Shown here: positions 49,301 through 57,065 of the stretch, one piece after another
Layout of the letters: every line of letters begins with the position of its first letter
Numbering within the stretch: the stretch's first letter is position 1
Source: Mobula hypostoma
Taxonomy: Eukaryota
DNA: 64,000 bases
Assembly: GCF_963921235.1 (NCBI RefSeq)
Contig: NC_086101.1
Span: 5,272,001-5,336,000 of the forward strand
Reading direction: 5' to 3'
Notes under the pieces: model-generated
Databases searched by the model: none
What the model was told of the DNA's origin: nothing
Seen by the model: only the letters and a program-made list of their open reading frames with translations
Position numbers and translations under genes: made by a program

Positions 49301-52300
49301 TGTTTCTACTGACGAGAGAAGAGGGCAAACGCGGGTTACTGGCGCTTCGGGTAGACGGGGCTCGTCAGCCGTGGTTGGCAGCTCATCTAGGAGATGGAAA
49401 ACTCTGATCTCAAACTTCCGCTGCCTTGCGGCTCTACCCTCTCATGGGGAAGGCTTCGGGGGATAAATCCCGAGCAGAGGCAGTCCCGCGTCGAGATCAA
49501 CAGGGACCCGGCAACTCCCGCGCCGCTGCTGGTCCAACGATATCGGCCTCTGCCGCTGCTTTGGATTTACTAGCTGCACGGAGAAGGGAAGTCCGCTGAA
49601 TGAGGCAACACACTGCTCTCCATATCGTATTTTCCCGGATTGCATACGCAGCGGAGACGCAATGTCCGTGCCCGACCCCGACCAGTGGAGAGCCTCACAA
49701 TCTTGAAGATGACCACCGTCCCGAGCACAGGACTGAGGCTCCAGCGGTCCCCGAGCAGCCTGGAAATGTCCAGAACACTTGAACCGTCCCGCCCTGTCCC
49801 GGACGCTCTTCGCCACTCTGCCCTGTTCCCGATGGCCCACGCAATCCCCGCTAGTCAGAGCCTTGAGTTTATCATCCTCTTGTTTTGCAAATCTTATCTC
49901 TCACCCCCACCCCACCACATCCCTGCGACACTCGGTTCCCCCAGGCCCGGCCTCCCAATCATTCCCGAGTTTAACCCCTTCCATTTGACAGCCTACCTCC
50001 GGCTGCCTGGGTCCAGAGATCCGGCCCCCTCTCGCCCTTTTGTAAGACAAGTCAAGTCCCTATCGCTCCGGTTACTCTGCAGTGACCAGGGATGTTAAAG
50101 TATTGACCCCAACGATTGGGAGGTAGGGGACATGGAGAGGATCTTTCCTATAGTGGCGGAGTCTCGGACCAAACGGCACAGCCTCGGAATAGAGGGACGT
50201 CCATTTAGAACAGAGATGAGGGGGGGGGGGATTTCTTTAGCCAGAGTACAGTGACTCTGTGGAATTCGTTGCCACAGACGGTTGTGGAGGTCAAGTCATC
50301 GGGTATATATAAATCCGATCAAAACTTCTCCATGGACGGCTTCCAGACCGTTCCGGCTGACCGGAAGTGCACTGAGAGCGATAAGCGTAAAGGAGTTGGG
50401 TGCTTACTGTTCTGGTCAACAACGGATGGTGCAATCCGGGTCATATTACGATCGAGGGACGTGTTTGTAGACCGGATAATGAACTTTTTGCTGTTGGACT
50501 TCGGCCACATTCCACCGAGATACAACACTGGGCAGCACGGGAGGTCGTTCCTGCTTGTGGCCATCGAACTTTGCAGCCCCTCCCGCGGAGGGTCAGGCAC
50601 CCTGAGCCAATAGGCTGGTCCTGGACTTATTTTCCATCTGGCATAGTTTGCTTTTTGTTGTTTGATTGTTTGTGGTTTTTGTATTGCTATATTTATGCTC
50701 TATTCTTGGTTGGTCCGGCTGTAACGAAACCCAATTTCCCTCGGGATCAAAAAGTATATCTATCTATCTGTCTATCTTATAGTTCTAGATAGTTCTAGAT
50801 GAGTAACAGTGTTAAAGATTACGGGGAGAAGACAGGAGAATGGGTTTGGGAGTGTGGATAATAAATCAGCCGTGATGGAATGGCAAAGCCGAATGTCTTT
50901 AACTTTGCTCCTATGTCTTTTGGTCTCGTAGCGAGATCATGGCCACCACTCTGTGTTCCAGGTGACATTCCAGAAGGGAGTTACTCGGGATATCACCGAT
51001 ATGCTGATGAGGACCATTTGGGACCGGGAGGAGGGCTCTTTGGAACAGGGTGAGGTCACGGAGGAACATGTTCACATGATGATCGTGGACCTGCTTATCG
51101 GCGGGATGGAGACGACCTCATCCACTCTCGGCTGGGCAATTGCGTATTTGGTTCACTGGCCCGAGGTGAGCACGGACCTTCCGGGGGGGATATGTCGCAA
51201 CAAGTTGCCCCGAGCGCCCCTTCAAATTCAAGTTCAAGTTTATTGTAGTCTGACTATACTATATACAACCAAACGAAACAACGTTCCTCCGGATCATGGT
51301 GCATCCACAAAACACATCGCACACAGCACATAAAACAAAATATTATCATGAATAAGTTCATAAAATATCATTCAAAATGCATGTGTATTGTGCAACACAG
51401 GTAATTACAGTAAACAACCCGTTGTCCTAGTGACGTGAATTCGGTGGTAGCAGGGTATTCATTAGTTTCACAGCCTGAGGGAAGAAGCTGTTACCCAGTC
51501 TGACGGTCCTAGTCCTGACGCTCCTGATGGTAGTGGGTCAAAGCGATTGTGGGTGAGTGGGGAAGATCTTTAGCAACGGTGTGGACCGTTCGTCCACAAC
51601 GCTCTCAAGACATGCACAAATACGGGTGGCCCCGACGGTCCTCTCTGCAGTTTCGTTATCTTATGCATTCTGATGCCTCGCAGTTTCCACCCTCCCATCA
51701 TCAGCCTCTCCCCCCCCCCACCATCTCTGTCCAACTGCGTCAGTCTCTTCCCCACCCCTCCCACCCAGTCCCGTCAGCCTCCCTCAAAACCCTCCAAATC
51801 TTCGGCGGCAATCTGCCCCTTACCCATCCAGCCGTGTTAGTCTCTCCCTGACCCTCTGTGTAACTTTATCAGTCTCGCTTCCATCCCCACCTCCGCCCCC
51901 GGTGACCGGGGGGGGGGGGTGGGGTGCGGGATAGAGGAGGTTTGGTTCCCACCATCTTTGGGGCTCTCTCTTTCAGTCCCATCCGTCCAGCGGCGTCTGC
52001 CTCCACCCCTCTCTCCGAGACACTGTCACTGTCCTGGACATCTCCCGGCGACCTCAGCCCCATTCATGAGCTTCCCTTTCCATTATCTGCCAGGTCCAGG
52101 ACCGGATTTACCAGGAGATGTGTTCCGGAGTCGGCGAGGACCGCTACCCCGAATACTCTGACCGCCAGAGTCTGCCGCTCCTGACGGCCGCGATCGCCGA
52201 GGTCCTGCGCCTGCGACCCGTTGTACCTTTATCCCTGCCGCACCGAGCAACCCGCGACAGCAGGTAGGGACTCAGGCCCACACGCCCACCGCTCAAACAC

Positions 52301-55300
52301 TCGCCCCTCCTTCATTTGTGGGGTACCCGGGCCTCCTACGCCCCAGGGTATGAAGGGTATTCCGAGCCCACTGGCGCTCAGTCGCCAGGGTGGGGGGAAG
52401 TTCCTGACTTGGAACACACTCCCATGGACCGATGTGGGGAGAGTGATTGCGTCGCCATCCTCTGGTGAATCCATCCTCCCATTGTGTCATAAAAAGAGCT
52501 TTTGGCACCTTGGCGTTTATAGATCAAAGTACTGAGTACAGGGGATGGGATGTTATGTGGAAGTTGTAGAAGATGTTGGTGAAAGATAATTGTGTATCTT
52601 TGTGAACACCTAACTATAGAAAAGATACAAATAAGTTTGAACAAGCACGGAGAAGATCTACATGGGTGTTGCTGGGACTTAAGTCCTGAGTTGTAGGTAA
52701 ATATTGAATTCCCTGGAGCATAGCAGAATGAGGGGAGGTTTGGTAGGGGTACACAAAATTATAAGGGGTATAGTTAGGGTGAATGCAATGCACCCATTGA
52801 GCTTGGGTGAGGCTAGAACTTGAGGTCATGGGTTAAAGGTGAAAGGTGAAATATTGAAGGGGAACCTGAGGAGAAACTGTTTCACTCAGAGGGTAGTGTG
52901 AGTGTGGAGTGAGTTGCCAGAGGAAGATGGGGATTTGATTGTAACATTTAAGAGAAATTTGGATAGTTCATGGACTTGAGAGTTTAGGAGGGCCATGGTC
53001 TGGGTGTAGGTTGATGGGACGAGACAGAATAACAGTTCGACATGGACTAGATGGGTTGAATGGCCTGTTCTGTGCTGCAGTGTTCCATGACTCAATGAAT
53101 CAATCTTCCTTGCTCATGCTTTCACTGAATGGTGAATTGCCCAAAACCTGAGTGGCTGGTGAACATTCTGGATGTTGCTTCTTGCTGAATACCGGTGATT
53201 GTTCAATGTATTTCCACTTCTACCTTTCAAGTGTTGCTGGCTACTTCATCCCAAATGGGACCAAAGTCATCACAAACCTGTTTCAGGCAAATTACGACGA
53301 GAGCAAATGGAGCGAGCCGACCCACTTCAGACCAGGTAATGACAATCACAATTATCAGTGCATATGACGTGAGATTCGCTTTGCGACAGCGATACAGTAC
53401 AAAGACATAGAACTTCCTGTTAGTTAATTAAGCAAAAAATAGTGCAACAACAGAAAACAAAAAAGAATACGGGGTTCATTGTCCATTCAACAATCTGATG
53501 GTGGTGGGGAAGAAGCTGTTCCTGAGACGCTGAGTGAGTCTCTTCAGGCTCCTGGACCACCTCCTTGATGGTCGCAATGTCCTGGTAATGGAGGCCCTCA
53601 ATGACAGATGCCAACTTACTGAGGCTTCACCCATTGAAGGCGTCCCCATAGGCTGGCGGCCATGGTGGAACTGGCTGAGTAAGACCATAAGATATAGGAG
53701 CAGAAGTAGGCCATTCGGTCCATCGAGTCTGCTCTGCCATTCAATCATGAGCTGATCCAATTCTTCCAGTCATCCCCACTCCCCTGCTTTCAGTCCATAC
53801 CCTTTGATACTCTGGCTAATCAAAAACCTGTCTATCTCTGCCTTAAATGCACCCAATGATTTGGCCTCCACAGCGGCTCATGTCAACAAATTCCACAGAT
53901 TTACCACCCTCTGACTAAAGTAATTTCTCCGCATCTCTGTTCTAAATGGATGTCCTTCAATCCTGAAGTCGTGCCCTCTTGTCCTAGACTCCCCTACCAC
54001 GGGAAGTAACTTTGCCATATCTAATCTGTTCAGACCTTTTAACATTTGGAATGTTTCTGTGAGATCCCCCCTCATTCTCCTGAACTCCAGGGAATACAGT
54101 CCCAGAGCTGCCAGATGTTCCTCATACGGTAACCCCACAGGCCAAATGATGCAAAGGGGAGGAGCTGAGTGATGGCCAGAACGGACGAAGGCCCTGTTTC
54201 CATCGTTTGTTACTCTCTGAAGGAATGATGAGTTGGAACTGACTGGATGGAAGTCAGACCAGATCAATGGATGTGGACTATCCCAATAGAATTCAGTGGC
54301 ATTAATAATTGCCTGTCCATGTCAGCACACTCAAATGCTGGAGGAACTCAGCAGGACAGGCAGCATCTATGGAGAGGAATAAACAGTTGATGTTTCAGGT
54401 CAAGACCCTGCATCAGGACTGGAAAGGAAGGGGAAAGGTACCAGAATAAGAAGGCAGAAAGAGGAAGAGGACAAGCTGGAAGGTGATAAGTGTAGCCAGG
54501 TTGGTGGGGAGGGGATGGGACGGGGCTGAAACAAGAATTTGGGAGGTGATAGGCCAAAAATGTGCAGTGTCTCAAGGTGCATTGGCAATGTCAGAACCCA
54601 AGTGTGGATAGACTCTGTAGTAGAGTTGGCAACCAGAGTTTATTCCAAAGATTTCCAGCAGAACATCAAAGCTCAGATGAGCGATTCCATGAGACATAAC
54701 ATTCCCAAAACTAGGACTCCGCGATTAGCAATCATTGGACATCTGCTTAAGTAATACAAGTAACACAGAATTCCAAAGCCTATCAAAATAAACTTAACAA
54801 GTTTAAATAGAAGACAGCAGGAAATCACATTGCAAAGAGTGAGTGCCCCCCTCCCAAAACAAAACAACACAGGGAACTATAAATGATTAACACATTTCAT
54901 TAAACATCAAATAACTGATTCGGACAATCTTAAAACCTTGGAGCCCAACGCTCTCTGTCTCCTACCAGAAGCCCGAGAAGCTCATTACAGAAAAGGGCCG
55001 AAGAAGAAGGAATCTAATAGGAGAGGGGAGTGGATCATGGGAAAAAGGGAAGGAGGAAGGGCCCCAGGGGGAGGTAAGAGGTATGACTGGGGAATTGAAG
55101 AAGGGAGGTGGATTACCAGAAGTCGGATAAATTGATGTTCATGTCATCAGGTTGGAGGCTGCCTTGTTGGAATATGAAGTAACACACATCAAAGTTGCTG
55201 GTGAACGCAGCAGGCCAGGCAGCATCTCTAGGAAGAGGTGCAGTCGACGCTTCAGGCCGAGACCCTCCTGACGAAGGGTCTCGGCCTGAAACGTCGAGTG

Positions 55301-56329
55301 CACCTCTTCCTACAGATGCTGCCTGGCCTGCTGCGTTCACCAGCAACTTTGATGTGTTGCTTGAATTTCCAGCATCTGCAGAATTCCTGTTGTTTGGAAT
55401 ATGAAGTATTGGATTGGCCCCTCTCTGGATTGGGATGGAACAGATGGATTTCAGACCAACTGAGAGAAACATAGAAATCTGTGCAGGAGCAGATCCCTGT
55501 TTTCCTGTTCAATATCACCTTAGCTGATCAAATTTAGGCAAATATTCCTGCATTTTAAAAGAGGTTTTAAAGATTGCATTCATTTGTCAGATTGAAACAT
55601 ACAGTGAATTGTGTTGTTTTGCATCAACGACCAACACAGTCTGAGGGTTTGTTGGCGGCAGCCTGCAAGTTTTGCCATGCTTCCAGCACCAACATGGATG
55701 ATTATAGCTTACTAACCCAAAACTGTTCGTCTTTGGATAGTGGGAGGAAACCGGAGCACCTGGAAGAAATCCATGCAGGCATGGGGAGAATGTACAAACT
55801 GCTTACAGACGGTGGCACGAATTAAACCTGGGTCATTGACGCTGTAATAGTGCCACGCTGAATGCTATGCTACTGATCTCCTTAGCTGCTGTATTTGATC
55901 TTCACACAATGATCCTGACTAAACTAACCCATTTCAGCCCGAGTTACAAAGCGTTTGGAGTTACCAGCTGAATTTCCAACAAAGGGAACAACCAAGGGGC
56001 AAATGGGTTGGGAATTAGTCAGCCAAGGGACGATGTGTTGAGTGTGCTCTGGTCTTTGTTTTTGTACAGAGCGTTTCTTGGACATGCCTGAGGCAGAGAA
56101 GACAATACAGAACGTGATCTCCTTCGGCATGGGCGCAAGGTCATGTCTGGGGGAACCCTTCGCCCGTATCGAGCTCTTCCTTTTCCTCGCGTACCTCCTG
56201 AAGGACTTCAAGTTCCTACCAGAGGAGAGGGGGGTACTCCCCAATCTACAGTGCATGGAGGGGAAGCTGATGAGAATCAAACACTATCGAGTGACCATTG
56301 TTCCCAGGTCCAATCTCAAGGATGACTAG
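28124..56329 (+). CDS. CYP21A2: Steroid 21-hydroxylase-like cytochrome P450 (CYP21 family), whole gene span, 10 exons, 1512 nt, 503 aa
   Basis: join(28124-28358,33956-34045,40481-40635,44078-44173,45918-46028,48643-48729,50962-51165,52094-52263,53232-53335,56070-56329) is open with consistent phases and GT-AG introns. Motifs: N-terminal anchor, PGP hinge, [23 protein letters not shown] (I helix), [11 protein letters not shown] (ExxR), [14 protein letters not shown] (heme Cys). Exon lengths 90/155/87/104 equal those I recall for human CYP21A2 exons 2/3/6/9. Orthology versus paralogy within CYP21 not established. Confidence 0.93.
29140..29450 (-). mobile_element. RTE-clade-derived 5' region fragment
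   Basis: Reverse complement matches the 49190-49720 copy (ccgctgccttgcggct...catggggaaggcttcggg). Confidence 0.6.
30024..33023 (-). CDS. CR1 ORF2: APE endonuclease + reverse transcriptase (999 codons; track start is TTG, not ATG)
   Basis: Uninterrupted ORF with APE and RT motifs. Confidence 0.93.
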   Translation of the reverse strand: MGGGNQIKAARCEEVSSQQRDGNQCRETEGCKVSVEAKSTKGKSKSGRPTNPGQALKRAKRVVKERLKALCVNARSIRNKVDELKVQIVINDYDIVGITETWLQGDQGWELNVQGYSIFRRDRHEGRGGGVALLVKKEINAIERKDISREDVESIWVELRNTKGQKTLVGVVYRPPNSSSEVGDGIKQEIRNVCNKGTAVIMGDFNLHVDWVNQIGKGAEEEDFLECMRDGFLNQHVEEPTGEQAILDWVLSNEEGLISDLVVRGPLGKSDHNMVEFFINMESDVVNSETKILNLKRGNFEGMRRELAKIDWQMTFQGLTVDMQWQAFKGCMDELQQLFIPVWQKNKSRKVVHPWLTREIRDSINSKEVAYKLARESGSPEDWEKFRVQQRRTKGLIRKGKKDYERKLAENIKTDCKSFYRYVKRKRLIKTNVGPLQTETGELIMGSKDMADQLNNYFGSVFTKEDINNLPEIVRDRGSSEMEELSEIHVSREVVLGKLKGLKADKSPGPDGLHPRVLKEVAQEIVDALVIIFQNSLDSGLVPEDWRVANVTPLFKKGGREKPGNYRPVSLTSVVGKLLESVIKDVITAHLESGEMIGQSQHGFVKGKSCLTNLIEFFEDVTSRVDRGEPVDVVYLDFQKAFDKVPHRRLVCKLKAHGIGGKVLVWVENWLADRKQRVGINGTFSEWQAVTSGVPQGSVLGPQLFTIYINDLDEGIKCSISKFADDTKLGGSVSSEEDAKRMQGDLDRLGEWANSWQMQFNVDKCEVIHFGGKNRKTDYYLNGGRLGKGEVQRDLGVIIHQSLKVGMQVQQAVKKANGMLAFIARGFEYRSREVLLQLYKALVRPHLEYCVQFWSPNLRKDIFAIEGVQRRFTRLIPGMAGLSYEERLDELGLYSLEFRRLRGDLIETYKILKGLDRLDAGRLFPMLGRSRTRGHSLRIEGKPFRTEIRKNFFTQRVVNLWNSLPQQTVEASSLAMFKRKLDMALVATGVRGYGGKAGF
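33029..33121 (-). CDS. C-terminal 30 aa of CR1 ORF1 (SGNH esterase-like)
   Basis: [34 protein letters not shown] matches the SGNH DxxH block. Confidence 0.85.
   Translation of the reverse strand: MYKKDGLHLNPRGTNILAGRLAGATEVTLN
33956..34045 (+). CDS. CYP21A2: CYP21 exon 2 ([30 protein letters not shown])
   Basis: tccag| acceptor, |gtaagg donor, 90 nt, FAGRP motif. Confidence 0.95.
34180..34465. repeat. (CT)n/(CA)n compound microsatellite
   Basis: Direct reading; similar (GT)n(GA)n at 22695-22765 and (CT)(GT)(TA) at 18183-18242. Confidence 0.9.
34557..35461. mobile_element. Solo LTR (905 bp) in CYP21 intron 2
   Basis: TGT...ACA termini flanked by a 4-bp direct repeat CTGT (34553-34556, 35462-35465); non-coding. 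Confidence 0.75.
38627..38830 (-). repeat. ~3 tandem copies of a ~67-bp segment within a Rex1/Babar-type LINE 3' end
   Basis: Repeated cctgatggttgaggggtaataactgttcctga; translation repeats [20 protein letters not shown]. Confidence 0.85.
39200..40030 (+). mobile_element. Degraded CR1 3' fragment
   Basis: [10 protein letters not shown]..., RGHGLKVKG...[11 protein letters not shown]. Confidence 0.85.
40481..40635 (+). CDS. CYP21A2: CYP21 exon 3 ([25 protein letters not shown]...ERLCE)
   Basis: ttctgcag| acceptor, |gtacgg donor, 155 nt, DLSLGDY motif typical of CYP21. Confidence 0.95.
40899..41310. repeat. 33-41-bp minisatellite (gtgtgtgggtacagtcaKtggacactgWgattgt), left part
   Basis: gggtacagtca recurs at 40906, 40939, 40976, 41013, 41046, 41085. 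Confidence 0.9.
41330..43660 (+). mobile_element. Degraded CR1 ORF2 inserted into the minisatellite
   Basis: [36 protein letters not shown]; many stops and frameshifts. Confidence 0.92.
43690..43965. repeat. Same minisatellite, right part, with an 80-bp dimeric higher-order unit
   Basis: cagtcaggat at 43741, 43821, 43901. Confidence 0.9.
44078..44173 (+). CDS. CYP21A2: CYP21 exon 4 ([32 protein letters not shown])
   Basis: accag| acceptor, |gtgagt donor, 96 nt, resembles PVxxxxEFSxxTCxxIxxLxF. Confidence 0.92.
45918..46028 (+). CDS. CYP21A2: CYP21 exon 5 ([37 protein letters not shown])
   Basis: ttccag| acceptor, |gtgagg donor, 111 nt, F-helix Trp and DxFPxL. Confidence 0.92.
46179..46537 (+). 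mobile_element. Possible short solo LTR in CYP21 intron 5
   Basis: Termini TGTCAGG...CCTAACA; ATTAAA within a 30-bp tandem duplication; no clean TSD. Confidence 0.4.
46904..48384. repeat. 33-bp minisatellite in two blocks (46904-47054, 48071-48384) separated by a minus-strand CR1 (~47061-48060)
   Basis: Unit ctgcctgtcactgggtgtgtgtttaactctggt; CR1 ORFs 47208-47741 and 47748-48026. Confidence 0.92.
48643..48729 (+). CDS. CYP21A2: CYP21 exon 6 ([29 protein letters not shown])
   Basis: cacag| acceptor, |gtgagt donor, 87 nt, KRD motif. Confidence 0.93.
49190..49720 (+). mobile_element. RTE-clade-derived non-autonomous element fragment
   Basis: Homologous to 29140-29450; RTE-like 5' region. Confidence 0.55.
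50311..50780 (+). mobile_element. Internally deleted Rex1/Babar-type LINE (APE segment fused to 3' end) inside a CR1 fragment
   Basis: [10 protein letters not shown]...VLVNNGWC (APE-like) joined at ~50508 to PPRYNT...[10 protein letters not shown]...TLSQ*, homologous to the 7414 copy; (ctat)n tail. Confidence 0.75.
50962..51165 (+). CDS. CYP21A2: CYP21 exon 7 (I helix; ...[33 protein letters not shown])
   Basis: ttccag| acceptor, |gtgagc donor, 204 nt. Confidence 0.96.
52094..52263 (+). CDS. CYP21A2: CYP21 exon 8 (VQDRIYQE...[23 protein letters not shown])
   Basis: tgccag| acceptor, |gtaggg donor, 170 nt, ExxR motif. Confidence 0.96.
53232..53335 (+). CDS. CYP21A2: CYP21 exon 9 ([35 protein letters not shown])
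   Basis: tttcaag| acceptor, |gtaatg donor, 104 nt, GYxIP motif. Confidence 0.94.
55182..55393. mobile_element. Palindromic Penelope terminal-repeat insertion with 15-bp TSD, CYP21 intron 9
   Basis: Arms 55184-55266 / 55275-55357; TSD ttggaatatgaagta at 55167-55181 and 55394-55408. Confidence 0.9.
56070..56329 (+). CDS. CYP21A2: CYP21 exon 10 (ERFL...[19 protein letters not shown]...NLKDD*)
   Basis: tgtacag| acceptor; heme-binding motif with Cys codon at 56144-56146; TAG ends at 56329. Confidence 0.96.
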
Positions 56330-56427
56330 GACCCCTGGATGGAGTGAGAGCGAGGGGTGGGAGGTGGGACCTCATGCTGAGGTTCACAGAAGATCGAACT
56401 CAAGAACACAGAACACAGGCCCTTTGG

Positions 56428-56810
56428 TGTAGTGCCTGTTGTGTGTGTTCAAAGTTACTGGAGAGACTCCGAAGCTGGTGATACATAAGACTTTATTCAT
56501 CACAACAAGCTGACACTCTCGGCAGAGGCTCACAAACACAAAACAGATCACATCTCACTTCGATTCATCACAGAAGGTGATTCAATACAGATTTAATTAC
56601 ATCATTTGCTTCAACACTTCGGGTTGACAGTGCTTCCTTTCAACTGCATATCGACCGTGGGAGACACCTCTGCGTGTTCAAGTACCTCGGATGGGTCACT
56701 TACCTGACCTTGCACAATTTGGCCCATTACTCTCTGCTGAACCATTAATCCGCCGAGTTCCATCGACCTGCACCCGGACCATAGCATTGACATGCAATTC
56801 AATGGAAGCA
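56428..56810 (-). mobile_element. LTR-like repeat just after the CYP21 stop codon
   Basis: Homologous to 62384-62980 (acatcatttgcttcaa...gttgacagtgcttccttt...gtgggagacacctctg); AATAAA on the minus strand. Confidence 0.55.
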
Positions 56811-57065
56811 TTGTCAACCATAGCCCTCCATGCCCCTCTCGTTACTCTATCTATCCAAATTTCTCTTAAATGTTACATTTCTCTTAGACCCACCACGTAT
56901 GCTGGCAGCTCATTCCACACTCTCACAACCTTCTGAATGAAGAAGTTCGCCTTAAACATTTCACCTTTCACCCTTAACCCATGACCTCTGATTGTAGTCC
57001 CACCCAACCTCAGTGGGAAAAGTCTGCTTGCGTTTACCCTTTCTGTACCCCTCATAATATTGTAT

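Noticed and set aside
28124..56329. Assignment to CYP17A1 or CYP1/CYP2
   Set aside because: The ten-exon structure, exon lengths and DLSLGDY / VDLLIGG / LRLRPVVPL motifs fit CYP21; CYP17A1 has 8 exons and CYP2 genes have 9.
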